In this document: positions 9,210-18,778 of the stretch, in pieces
How the letters are laid out: the number at the start of each line of letters is the position of its first letter
Numbering within the stretch: the stretch's first letter is position 1
Virus record (IMG/VR): IMGVR_UViG_3300009503_000018
Span: 1-64,000 of that record
Length of the DNA: 64,000 nucleotides
From: a virus
Strand: one strand, 5' to 3'
The notes under the pieces: generated by a model
Databases searched by the model: none
What the model was told of the DNA's origin: nothing
What the model saw: the letters and a program-made list of their open reading frames with translations, nothing else
Position numbers and translations under genes: made by a program

Positions 9210-10154
9210 CTATGTTCGATTTTTTCTTTTTGGCTTCATAGGAGGATATCCCTTTTTGCGAAAATCTTGAGCAAGCGTAATTGCGCTTCGCACAAGGGCT
9301 TTCGCTTTCTTGTGTACTTCGATATCTTCAGAGAGCCGCTGTTTATCATACGCATAATCTTCATTGGGAACCGCCGAAAATCCGACATAATACGGATCAG
9401 GATGAAACATCAAAAAGTCGTCATTGCCATCGTACAGTTGTTTTGCGACGAGTTCAATATAAGAAATATCCATGTTATGGATACCTTTTTCAGGATTTTC
9501 TTGGTCTTTGGACGTAATAAAATAGGCACAGACTTTTCCAAACAATCGGGGGTCGTAGTGGACTTCGTGTTCGGTGGAAAGGCGAATCATTTTTTGTCGC
9601 CACGCCTGATCTTTGAGGGCGAATTCTTCTGGAGCCACGTAATATCCACCATCGAGACTAATACAGCGATCCAGCAATGCCTTAAGCCGCGTAGACATAG
9701 AAGACTGATTCACCCCTGTAGAAATCAACAAGACATCGGCTCGCAAAATCAACGGATACAATTGCTGAGCGCCCTCGTGAGGATAAGGAAAGCAATTACA
9801 CGGAAATCCACATAAGGCAGAACAGGTCGCTAAACAATTATTGCATGGCTCAATCGTATATTCATTTAAATGCACACGTTCGATATGAATCGGCTCATCG
9901 GAAGAAATCTCTTCTAGCCCTTTTTCAAGGAGCATCGTCGAATTAGAAATTTCCCGTGAGCAATTATTCACGCCACGACCAGACCCAAAAAGCGCCAACA
10001 CTTCAAGAGGGCGGTCTTTCTTTTTCCAATATTCGACCGCTTCCTGACACCGCCGGACATTGGTTTCGTGTCCTTTTCGATATTCGGAAAAATCAACGTC
10101 AGGCGCGTTCGATCCATACCGAATTTCTTGCCACTGTGTAAATGTCAATGCCAT
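9210..10154 (-). CDS. Flavodoxin-fold NAD(P)H-dependent FMN reductase / iron-sulfur flavoprotein
   Basis: LFGSGR...SNSTMLL, IEPCNNC...C...PCNC, ADVLLISTGV...MSTRLKALLDR. Confidence 0.8.
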   Translation of the reverse strand: MALTFTQWQEIRYGSNAPDVDFSEYRKGHETNVRRCQEAVEYWKKKDRPLEVLALFGSGRGVNNCSREISNSTMLLEKGLEEISSDEPIHIERVHLNEYTIEPCNNCLATCSALCGFPCNCFPYPHEGAQQLYPLILRADVLLISTGVNQSSMSTRLKALLDRCISLDGGYYVAPEEFALKDQAWRQKMIRLSTEHEVHYDPRLFGKVCAYFITSKDQENPEKGIHNMDISYIELVAKQLYDGNDDFLMFHPDPYYVGFSAVPNEDYAYDKQRLSEDIEVHKKAKALVRSAITLAQDFRKKGYPPMKPKRKNRT

Positions 10155-13100
10155 TATTTCTTTTTTCGCAGACGGATGTAGATATCCTCCGACCCATCTT
10201 TTGTTTTTTCGACAACGTCTGGTCGAAGCGGCAGGGTTTCCCCTTGTAATATGGGAGTTCCGGGTTCAAACTCTTCCTGTGTATTCAATTTCCATTTGCG
10301 AAAAAATTCAATTGGTGGTTCTTTTTCTTGATGCTTTGCTGCGGCCCGTTCAGATTCTTCCGGCGCGCCCGGAACGCCCGGCTCAGGAAGGAAATTTTCC
10401 CCTTCTAACATGCGGACTAATAAATCGAATAATTCTTTTGATGCACGCTTCCGTCGCATAAAAACAACATCCGGTTTTCCAAATTGGCTCACATCCCACT
10501 CCTTTGGTGCCATTTCTTCGCTAAACGGCACTCGCTTATATTCTACAAATCCTTTCGACGTATACAAATTCGTAAGGAATCCTTCAAATGCGTCTAATGT
10601 CTCAGCCCCTTGTGAAAGGGCATGCTCGACGGCAGCGGCACCGGCACCACGAATCGGGCTCGCATTGAATACCGAAACAAGATCATTTTCCGGCGTAATC
10701 GCGTACCCAGTCTGTTCATCGGTAGACAAATATGTTCGCATTTTTCGATAATCATCCAGGCTATATCCGCTGAGAAATCCTAAATATCTTTGCACTTTTG
10801 GCGAAGTTTTTGCTCGTTCAATTGCCGCATAAAATTGCTCGGCCGGGACTTGACGAAACACAACCTGCGCCGTTTTTATCTGTACACGAGAGTTTTGCTT
10901 TTGTAAAGATGGTGTACCGGGCGTATGATCAGGATCGTACCCAGGAGGTTCGTCGCCTTTCCCAAATCCACGACTTGGGGCATTCAAGAATAGATGCGTC
11001 AACAAACAGCCTCCAAAGCCATAGCCGTATTCCCCCCATCCCGCCTGCGTCGGATTTACATCCGCACCCCCGGCATTATCGGCAGATTGTTCATGAATAT
11101 TCGAATCAATCGAATCCCCAAACCCACTCCCAGACGGACCACCAGAATCCGCAGACTTTACCAATGGAGGAACATAAAATGTACACCCACGACACGCCTC
11201 GTGTGTTTGACCTGCCCAAAATGTCGAACAGTCTCCGCCGCTATCATCGGATTCTCCGTCAGCCGATTTTTTCGACAATGACTGAACATAAAAATAATCC
11301 GATACTGCCTTCCGCAGTCCTGGACCAAAGACCCTTCCGTATTTAAGAAATACGGCTTCTTTGTCTTCGCCATTTTGGATATCGTAAATGGCATTCGCCA
11401 GCGCTTTTGATTTTTTCGTAAACTCGTCAATACTCGCAATATAGCGCTTTTGAATAGAAGATCCGGGTACGATTCGTGTAACATCGGCCCAAACATACGA
11501 ACCAGCGATTTTATCCGCGTCGGTATCATGGACCAGGTAATACATGCTCCCATATTGATACAGAGGAACGGGAATAGATGCGGATGATGCACGAATCATT
11601 GGCTTGACTGGTACTCCAAGCACGCGCGATGTCGGAACCCATCGAAATCCTTCGTGGATTAAATCACCGTATAACCGATCCTCACGACTAATCGGGGCGT
11701 GCGCCAAATCCAATGCCGACATTCCCTCGTGAATTAACGAATCAAATTCTGATTTGTAACGATCCACATCGGCGCGGTATTCGTCTGTAAACGGCAACGC
11801 ATAAAGGGCATCAACCAAATCTCCGACCGGAACCGGTTCTCCACGCACGACTTTCGCGAGTGTCTCTAATGCCGATTTATATTCCTCTTTCGCAAATTCC
11901 GTTCCAGAATTCGCTATATACTCTTTCCACTTGTCTTTTGCCCGATGATATGCTTGACTATACAACTTTCCCAGATACCGTTTTCTCCACCAATCGTTGT
12001 ATCCTTGGACCAATGGGTGATCGCGGCGAGACTTGGCTTTGTCGCGCAAAAACACGACTAAGGAATCGTCCAGGTTTGGTTTGGTTTTCGTAAACCAATG
12101 TCCGAAATCGTGATTCCCGGCACTCACGACCCATTGCGTATACAGCGTTGGAGAAATCGTTGATGGATCAGCCGTTGAAAAGTCACCTAAATCAGCGAGG
12201 TCGATATGCGAACACCGCCCCAAATATTTTTTCCACGCTTGAATATCATCCAAATCAGCAAAGACATGAGGAAGTTCTTTTTCGACCCATTCTCTTGGCG
12301 GACTCAAATGATACTGATACGCGTCGAGAGAACCCACGTATTCACCAATAGATTTCGCATAATCAACAACACGCCGAGCGAAATCCGCAAACCGCTCACG
12401 CAGATCACGAGGCATTTCTAAGAGCAACGGCTGATGCTTTTCTTCTTCTCCCTTGTCTTTTTTGTCTTTTGGTATTGGAGAAACATCGACAGCAACTTTA
12501 CCCGACAATTGGCGTTGAGGTCCCGGCATCTGCACATCAAACGACACCGGTTCATGTGTGTCAAATACACCACTTTGTTCTGCGCTTTGCTTTCTTCGAC
12601 CAATCTCATACCATGCCCACGGATCAACTTGAAGCATACGCGAGACCATAGAATGCGTCGAATTTAAAATTCCATCAATGTATACAAGAGGAGAAGACCG
12701 ACCTTCGACGACATCTTTCCGCAAGAGCAACTCGTCAAGGCTTTGCAATTTCTGGGTAAGAAATTCGACTTGAGCCGGAGCAAGATATTTTTTGGCTTTC
12801 CCCGCAAATATCGCGACGGCTTGCGCAGCTTGTTCATAAGCTTGCAATGAAGATTTTCTCTCGGCATCTTGTATCGCGTCATGCGCCCGCCGCCATGCCG
12901 ACCACAAATCTGGTGGGACACGTTCTTGTTCCCATTCTTCCGTTTGCGGCGCAAGAAAAAATAATGGGTCATCGTCTTCTGCGGTTTTTGTGAAAACGGC
13001 ATAGGCTGTTGCGAGTGGACCCCGTTCGGGACGATAGATCGGCGGGACCCGTTTGCGGCGCCTCGTGTCATCGTCATTGACCGTTGGGCTAATAGGCTGG

Positions 13101-13750
13101 AGCGGAATCCCAATGCTATCGGATGGTCGAAATTCCAATTCTCCTCGTTGCATCGGCGCGGCATGGAGCCCAGATTCAGCACCAAATGGTTCCCCAGAAG
13201 CCAATGACCCCGAACCGCCACCCCATTCGTTTTTGATCGTGTCTCCAGGAAATTTATCTTTTGGGGGGTTCCTTTTAAACGGAGGAACAGCGGCCAATCG
13301 GTACAGTAAATCCCGGAGACGAGAAGCCAGTTTTCCTTGTGTCGGTTCCGCCATATCAGCAAATTCTCGCACCGTCATTGTTTGGAATTTTTTAATTATC
13401 TCTTCCACATCTTGCCAAGCCCGTTCTTTCCCTTTCCATGCCCGCTCTCGATGATAAAGCAGTGTTCCAACTTGTTCTATCCAACGCTCTTTTCCTGTTT
13501 GCAAAAATATTTCCACATCGGTTGCCCAATACTCGCCTCGCAGAGGATAAATAAAAATCCGGATACGTAATAATACGTACCACGGTTTTCCGTCAACGAT
13601 AATCGGAATGTCCCGGTCTTCCCAAAACATATCACCGCTATGACCACCGCTATGATATGGCTCTTGGGTAAGACTCGTGATTAACGGTGTTCCGCTTTCA
13701 GGACTATTTCTCAAGTATTCATATAGGGTTTGTGTAGTAAACTCGGGCAT
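10154..13750 (-). CDS. 1198-aa mosaic protein with C-terminal GNAT-like domain
   Basis: TGYAI...DLVSVFN...RGAGAAAVEHALSQGAETLDAFEGFLTNLYTSKGF...VPFSEEMAP.EW; other modules unrecognised. Confidence 0.75.
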   Translation of the reverse strand: MPEFTTQTLYEYLRNSPESGTPLITSLTQEPYHSGGHSGDMFWEDRDIPIIVDGKPWYVLLRIRIFIYPLRGEYWATDVEIFLQTGKERWIEQVGTLLYHRERAWKGKERAWQDVEEIIKKFQTMTVREFADMAEPTQGKLASRLRDLLYRLAAVPPFKRNPPKDKFPGDTIKNEWGGGSGSLASGEPFGAESGLHAAPMQRGELEFRPSDSIGIPLQPISPTVNDDDTRRRKRVPPIYRPERGPLATAYAVFTKTAEDDDPLFFLAPQTEEWEQERVPPDLWSAWRRAHDAIQDAERKSSLQAYEQAAQAVAIFAGKAKKYLAPAQVEFLTQKLQSLDELLLRKDVVEGRSSPLVYIDGILNSTHSMVSRMLQVDPWAWYEIGRRKQSAEQSGVFDTHEPVSFDVQMPGPQRQLSGKVAVDVSPIPKDKKDKGEEEKHQPLLLEMPRDLRERFADFARRVVDYAKSIGEYVGSLDAYQYHLSPPREWVEKELPHVFADLDDIQAWKKYLGRCSHIDLADLGDFSTADPSTISPTLYTQWVVSAGNHDFGHWFTKTKPNLDDSLVVFLRDKAKSRRDHPLVQGYNDWWRKRYLGKLYSQAYHRAKDKWKEYIANSGTEFAKEEYKSALETLAKVVRGEPVPVGDLVDALYALPFTDEYRADVDRYKSEFDSLIHEGMSALDLAHAPISREDRLYGDLIHEGFRWVPTSRVLGVPVKPMIRASSASIPVPLYQYGSMYYLVHDTDADKIAGSYVWADVTRIVPGSSIQKRYIASIDEFTKKSKALANAIYDIQNGEDKEAVFLKYGRVFGPGLRKAVSDYFYVQSLSKKSADGESDDSGGDCSTFWAGQTHEACRGCTFYVPPLVKSADSGGPSGSGFGDSIDSNIHEQSADNAGGADVNPTQAGWGEYGYGFGGCLLTHLFLNAPSRGFGKGDEPPGYDPDHTPGTPSLQKQNSRVQIKTAQVVFRQVPAEQFYAAIERAKTSPKVQRYLGFLSGYSLDDYRKMRTYLSTDEQTGYAITPENDLVSVFNASPIRGAGAAAVEHALSQGAETLDAFEGFLTNLYTSKGFVEYKRVPFSEEMAPKEWDVSQFGKPDVVFMRRKRASKELFDLLVRMLEGENFLPEPGVPGAPEESERAAAKHQEKEPPIEFFRKWKLNTQEEFEPGTPILQGETLPLRPDVVEKTKDGSEDIYIRLRKKK

Positions 13751-13752
13751 GG

Positions 13753-15084
13753 TTACGCCCTCATGGACTGCTCAAGACCACACCAGACACACATCGTCTG
13801 ATCGACGGGATCACGATTTGTAGCGGTTAATTTCCGCGTGCATACGGAACAGCCGACAGCGGACAAAGACACGGTTGAAGGATCATTTTCTGGTGACATA
13901 ATCCCTTCTTGTGGAATGCCACGATACCCAGTCCCGCTGGGGTTCGTATTTTGCCGTTCATACGACAACAAAAAATCTTCAGTATTATCAACTAAATCCG
14001 TTGGCGTTCCCGTGCCAGTCACATACATTGGCAATCCTGAAGCGATTTGCTCGCGAGCACGATCCGTGGACAACAAATGGGAGAGGACTTGATCCATTTG
14101 ATCAAAAAATTCTAACGCCTGTTGTGTCATGTCTCGCGTTCCGGCAGGAACCAATTCTAAGGCGACCCGTGTATCGCTTGGGTATAACACGTCCCGAATT
14201 TCATAATCGGGCATGCGATCAGCAAGAAATGCCCGCACGGTATTTGGATCCCTGGCAAATGCCCCCTCAATGAGCATGTATATCGTTCCATCGTGTCGTT
14301 TTTCTATGTCTTGGACGGTAAGACTGGCTTTTGTCCGCTTTTGCAAACCCACCATGTACGCGACCCCATTCTTACGCACGAAATCTCCCGTCAGGATAAA
14401 TATCCCTTCTGGGGAATCAATGCGACAAACCGACGCCGCCGACCGCATAAATTCGCATTCGATTTCCGCCATCCGTGGTACGGTCAATTCATCCGCCGCG
14501 TAACGCACAATTGCCATTTTTCTCCCGGAAGGAATGGGCGTCACATACAGCCGCTCACCCCATTGTGGCTGTGAATAACTCGCGCGGACAATCTCCCGCA
14601 ATTCCTCTTCCGTCAATCCAGCCAATTTTCGCAATTCCTCGTACACTTTCGTTGGTTGTGGTCGATTCCCTGGATTGACAATTTCACGTTTGAGTTCGAG
14701 CAGCAAATTCCGAATCCGCATGTGCGTCGTGCCTGACTGCGACATGTATTCCTGAAGTTTTGTTTTGAGCAGATCGCGACGATCACGGAGTTCTTTTACC
14801 GGTTTCCCTAACTCTGCTTCCACGTCACGGACCAACTGCTCTGCCTGTTCGATTGCCTTGCGCATGAACTCGGCCTTGCGTTCCTCTAAGGCACGAACGA
14901 TGTTTTCTAGTTCATAAAATTCACGCTTAAGCATCGCCAATTCCCGCTGAGTCAACACGCCCACGACAAGAAGAGAACCGTAGCGTCCTCGAAATGCCAA
15001 AATGTCTTGGCACGCCGCACATCGTTGACCAGTAGTCGGCACGAACAATTTTTCACAAGACACACAAAAACTTAGCGATTCCAT
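13753..15084 (-). CDS. Mosaic hypothetical protein (terminal Zn-ribbons, coiled coil)
   Basis: 443 aa; CxxC pairs at both termini. Confidence 0.7.
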   Translation of the reverse strand: MESLSFCVSCEKLFVPTTGQRCAACQDILAFRGRYGSLLVVGVLTQRELAMLKREFYELENIVRALEERKAEFMRKAIEQAEQLVRDVEAELGKPVKELRDRRDLLKTKLQEYMSQSGTTHMRIRNLLLELKREIVNPGNRPQPTKVYEELRKLAGLTEEELREIVRASYSQPQWGERLYVTPIPSGRKMAIVRYAADELTVPRMAEIECEFMRSAASVCRIDSPEGIFILTGDFVRKNGVAYMVGLQKRTKASLTVQDIEKRHDGTIYMLIEGAFARDPNTVRAFLADRMPDYEIRDVLYPSDTRVALELVPAGTRDMTQQALEFFDQMDQVLSHLLSTDRAREQIASGLPMYVTGTGTPTDLVDNTEDFLLSYERQNTNPSGTGYRGIPQEGIMSPENDPSTVSLSAVGCSVCTRKLTATNRDPVDQTMCVWCGLEQSMRA

Positions 15085-15974
15085 GTGTTATCCCGCTTCG
15101 CGACGCGAATTTTTGGAATCAATGTAAACTCTCCCTGTTTCACCGCATTGCTAAATTTGGACAACGCAATCCGTTCTCGGCCCCCATTCAACCATTGGAC
15201 CGATACGAATTTTCTCCCAACAAAGCGGACCAGTCCAACGCCTTTTTTAGCAACTAGCTTTTGTTCTAAGACCGGTGTTTCTTCCTGCACACGACTTTTA
15301 CTTTCTCCTTCTTTCGATTCATCAGAAGCTTCGGTCCGTGATTTCAACACATCACGATAGCTCGCCGCTTCTTTTGCGTAATACTCTTCGACCAGTTGCC
15401 GCGCCGCTTGATGATCATATCCCAAGCTGCGAAGTCGGTGATAATGCATTACTGCGCGGTATTTGAGTCCTGAAGATTCTCCAACTTCCGCAAGGTCGCT
15501 CTTTTCACGAATTTCTTCTTCACACGACTCTAGCTCTTTTTGTTGCTTGCGAATTTCATCATAGACTTTTTCCTGTTCAGAACTCCAAACCACGACTTGG
15601 TCTTTTCCTGTGTTTTTACCAATAACAAGAGCTTTATGGGCTTCTTCTGGTTTTTTACCGATACCTACCGTCGCCGTATGATTCGTATGCTTTTTGTAAA
15701 TCGCACGAACCGCATCACCAATTTCTTTGGGATCTCCGTCAATAGTAAAAAAGAGATTGTCGCCCCCGTAAAAAATGACGGTTCCACCATGCTCAGTCAC
15801 ATATTCTTCGACTTCAGCAAATGCGCTTTTGATTTGCTTTTCAAATTTTTGGGACTTCGCAAGGTCGTTTTCTTCCAGCGCTTCTTCGACGGTTTTTCCC
15901 ATATCGTCGCCATCCATGCCGACGAACCATTCTCCAGGAGCGGTCCCTACGTTCATTGTGATGTCTTCTGCCAT
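15072..15974 (-). CDS. Protein with N-terminal minimal CRISPR polymerase (mCpol, Cas10/GGDEF-like palm) domain
   Basis: FVGMDGDDMG...GGTVIFYGGDNL...TATVGIG...AHKALVIGKNTGKDQV matches the mCpol pattern (xDGDDxG, GGD, SxGIG, AxxALxxAKxxGK). Confidence 0.8.
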   Translation of the reverse strand: MAEDITMNVGTAPGEWFVGMDGDDMGKTVEEALEENDLAKSQKFEKQIKSAFAEVEEYVTEHGGTVIFYGGDNLFFTIDGDPKEIGDAVRAIYKKHTNHTATVGIGKKPEEAHKALVIGKNTGKDQVVVWSSEQEKVYDEIRKQQKELESCEEEIREKSDLAEVGESSGLKYRAVMHYHRLRSLGYDHQAARQLVEEYYAKEAASYRDVLKSRTEASDESKEGESKSRVQEETPVLEQKLVAKKGVGLVRFVGRKFVSVQWLNGGRERIALSKFSNAVKQGEFTLIPKIRVAKRDNTWNR

Positions 15975-15988
15975 ATCACTTACCTAAT

Positions 15989-16222
15989 TTATCCAATATC
16001 TTCTGGCGCGCGTTCTGTAACAACAAAGTCGTGCATGCCCAGCCAAATTTCACGCCGATTAATAGCGCCCCAAACGTCCCGATCAAAATATATGTGAAAG
16101 TGGTTAACCGTCCCCGACGGATTATCGCCAACAGCAATGATGCTTCCTTTCTCTCCGCAAAATCTATGAGGCGGAGAAACTTCGATTTTATCTCCAACTC
16201 GCGGATAATATTTGGCCGCCAC
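15989..16222 (-). CDS. Small SH3/KOW-like protein
   Basis: YPRVGDKIEV...GEKGSIIAV. Confidence 0.6.
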   Translation of the reverse strand: MAAKYYPRVGDKIEVSPPHRFCGEKGSIIAVGDNPSGTVNHFHIYFDRDVWGAINRREIWLGMHDFVVTERAPEDIG

Positions 16223-16237
16223 GTATTTTCCGCTCCA

Positions 16238-16615
16238 TTAGTTGGTGTCAGTCGCTGCATAAAGCGTAATCCCTCGGACTTCAGATGACGAAGGATTCGA
16301 CGCAAGAATACCGGAAATTGTCGCGAACATAACAACCGTATTACTCACGGGAATACTTACCGGAGAGCCATTAAATTTTACATTAATCGCTCCATCCGTG
16401 AGCAGGACAATAACTTTTGCCGTATTCACATTTCCCATATTCAGAGGAACATCAACGGCATTAGCCGGCAAATTAAACTTCATTGCTCCACTGGCTTCGG
16501 CTGCGTTCATCAACGTGTCCGCAATATTATCTATTATAGTTACGGTCGCTCCGCCAGTTGGTGTCTCGTTGAGTTTTCCGGCGACAAAATCAACGCGTCG
16601 TAGTGGCTGTGGCAT
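16238..16615 (-). CDS. Putative virion structural protein
   Basis: 125 aa, beta-rich, A/S/T/N-rich. Confidence 0.55.
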   Translation of the reverse strand: MPQPLRRVDFVAGKLNETPTGGATVTIIDNIADTLMNAAEASGAMKFNLPANAVDVPLNMGNVNTAKVIVLLTDGAINVKFNGSPVSIPVSNTVVMFATISGILASNPSSSEVRGITLYAATDTN

Positions 16616-16625
16616 GTTCTCCTCC

Positions 16626-17849
16626 TTACTCTACTTTTACTTGGCGTGGTCCTGAATTTGGTCGTTTCGCAATATCTGCTAACGACACAGGAGCTTCTGG
16701 AGCTTCAGTCCCTGGAGGTTTTGGCTGTTTAGGTCCAGGGCCCATCGCCCGTTCAAATGCTGCTTGCTCCTCCCACTGCACTTTTTCCCATGCTTTGGTT
16801 GCCCCTTCATATAACTCTTCAGGTGGATTACTGTAATTTTGTCGCATGTATTGGACCAAATCCCACACCCCAATGCGAATTCCTTTATATAACGCATTAC
16901 GAATCAACATCTCTGCTTCCGTAATAATTTCATGTCGTGATAATGGGCGACCAGGTCCACCGACCTGCGGTTGGGGTCGATCTCCTGCGGGGGCTTGGAT
17001 TGGTCCTGTTGGTGTCGAAGACGAGGGAACCGGTTGTGCGATTTTCCTTTGGGCTTGATGATAAGGTCCAAGAATATAATCGTGCGGCACAGCAAGAAGT
17101 TCATCCCCATGACGGATAATGTATTGATAGCCATCATCGCGCACGATCTTTCCCGGCACAACCCCGAGCGTTGGATGAGAAAACTTCACTAAATCACCGA
17201 CTTCCCAATGATATCCACTATTCTTGAGTAGCGCGTTTTTACTCAATGGAGTTCGAACCGCTTCATAGACCATGCCACACTGTGGACACGATTTTTCTGG
17301 ATCTTGTGGATCTTTTCTCTGCAAATACGCCCCATCATGTTGACAATGCTGCGGACGACGATGTGGAAACGCTGCTTTTTTGGACAATCGAGACAACCGA
17401 CGAGCATACGTCGTCCCTGTCCCCGGTTCGATCCGTTGTGCTTCCCCTGGAGCGGGAGTAGGGCCCCCCTCTTCCCCTGACTGCGCTGGTGTAGTCGGCG
17501 TGCTTTTTGGATAGACGCGCGGAGCCGATCCGGGCTGCATATGGGGGATGTTGTATTGCTGTCCCGATTCGTCAACAACAACAACCTGTTGTGACGTATT
17601 TGTCAAAATGCGCATCTTCTTCGGTGTACCATCCGCCATCGTCAATTCGACTTCTTGACCTGGAGCTAAATTGCGCAAGTCTTGAGCCGTTTTTATTCGC
17701 GCTTTTGCGATATAGGTGTATGCTGCCGTGCGATTTGCAAATTCCCACGCCAAATCATGCCCCCATATTGCAGTGATAGGGGATTCAGTATCAGCAATAA
17801 CCCGATACTCATGACCAGACAACAATACACAATCAGCGAGATATTTCAT
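16626..17849 (-). CDS. Mosaic hypothetical protein (KOW-like modules, Zn ribbon, Pro-rich linkers)
   Basis: 407 aa; LSKKA, LSKNA, KTAQ, KIAQ at module junctions. Confidence 0.7.
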   Translation of the reverse strand: MKYLADCVLLSGHEYRVIADTESPITAIWGHDLAWEFANRTAAYTYIAKARIKTAQDLRNLAPGQEVELTMADGTPKKMRILTNTSQQVVVVDESGQQYNIPHMQPGSAPRVYPKSTPTTPAQSGEEGGPTPAPGEAQRIEPGTGTTYARRLSRLSKKAAFPHRRPQHCQHDGAYLQRKDPQDPEKSCPQCGMVYEAVRTPLSKNALLKNSGYHWEVGDLVKFSHPTLGVVPGKIVRDDGYQYIIRHGDELLAVPHDYILGPYHQAQRKIAQPVPSSSTPTGPIQAPAGDRPQPQVGGPGRPLSRHEIITEAEMLIRNALYKGIRIGVWDLVQYMRQNYSNPPEELYEGATKAWEKVQWEEQAAFERAMGPGPKQPKPPGTEAPEAPVSLADIAKRPNSGPRQVKVE

Positions 17850-17855
17850 ACATAT

Positions 17856-18194
17856 TTATTTCCAAAAAATTTCAAATCGTTCGAGCAAATCCCCAGCAAT
17901 TTCTTGTGGTGTTCTACGCTTCCGCGACATGTCCAACATGAATTTATGCAAATCATGCGTTTCTACGGGGCGACGCGATAATTGGCGAATATACCCTTCA
18001 CCAATCAGGCGGTCTAAGACAGGATCTGGCAATGGGCCTCGACCGGCAGTTCCCAAACCGCACTTTGAACACACAATGCTATGAAAATTATCTTCACCAA
18101 TCACGACCATAACGCCGTCGCAGCGCGTAGGAGCAGTTGCCGGGATTGCCCAACACGGCCAATTGGTCTCCACGCGAATAAACATTACTTCCAC
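17856..18194 (-). CDS. Hypothetical Zn-binding protein
   Basis: 112 aa; C...C...CSKCG. Confidence 0.55.
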   Translation of the reverse strand: MEVMFIRVETNWPCWAIPATAPTRCDGVMVVIGEDNFHSIVCSKCGLGTAGRGPLPDPVLDRLIGEGYIRQLSRRPVETHDLHKFMLDMSRKRRTPQEIAGDLLERFEIFWK

Positions 18195-18529
18195 CCAAAC
18201 AGCGTTTTAATCACATAATTAAATACCACAACCCCGACTCCACCCCCCAAAATCCCAGCCAGCGCCGACACTAGAGCGACGGTTGTTTTTACCGACAACG
18301 AAAAGGATTCTAGATTTGAAACCCGCGTATCCAACGCCTCACGAATTTTCTCTTGTTTTTCTTCGAACCGTTGCAAAAGTTCTTGGAGGGTGTTTTCGAC
18401 ACGAACCAAAGCAGCCTGCTGATCTTTTTGGCTCTCGCACAAATAGTTTAGGCGGGTGTCAACTTCTCCGCGCCATCGACTCCAATCATGTCCATTTGGC
18501 AGTGTTGACTTTGCCATAGTTTTTGCCAT
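18185..18529 (-). CDS. Coiled-coil protein with single C-terminal TM helix
   Basis: VALVSALAGILGGGVGVVVF. Confidence 0.65.
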   Translation of the reverse strand: MAKTMAKSTLPNGHDWSRWRGEVDTRLNYLCESQKDQQAALVRVENTLQELLQRFEEKQEKIREALDTRVSNLESFSLSVKTTVALVSALAGILGGGVGVVVFNYVIKTLFGWK

Positions 18530-18531
18530 AA

Positions 18532-18765
18532 TTATTGTACCGTGACATCCTTTGGTCGTTCAATCGGAGTAACCGTAATGCGATATTCCATTGGCCAATT
18601 CGTTTCAGGGTCGTGATCACGCACAACCGCTTCGGTTCCCTCCGCGAACCAATTCACTCGGACGCGTTCATAGTGTTCCGGAAGACCCCGGAGCACATCA
18701 TGCATAACTTTTGTCGTAAACGTTACCGCCTTTTTATTAAAAAGATTTCTTGCGAAAACCTTCAT
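18532..18765 (-). CDS. Hypothetical protein
   Basis: 77 aa, tiles with neighbours. Confidence 0.55.
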   Translation of the reverse strand: MKVFARNLFNKKAVTFTTKVMHDVLRGLPEHYERVRVNWFAEGTEAVVRDHDPETNWPMEYRITVTPIERPKDVTVQ

Positions 18766-18778
18766 TTGTCCTCTCTCC

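Noticed and set aside
13753-16222. Complete Panoptes/CBASS-like defence operon around mCpol
   Set aside because: Neighbouring genes have no transmembrane, CARF, SAVED or nuclease effector features.
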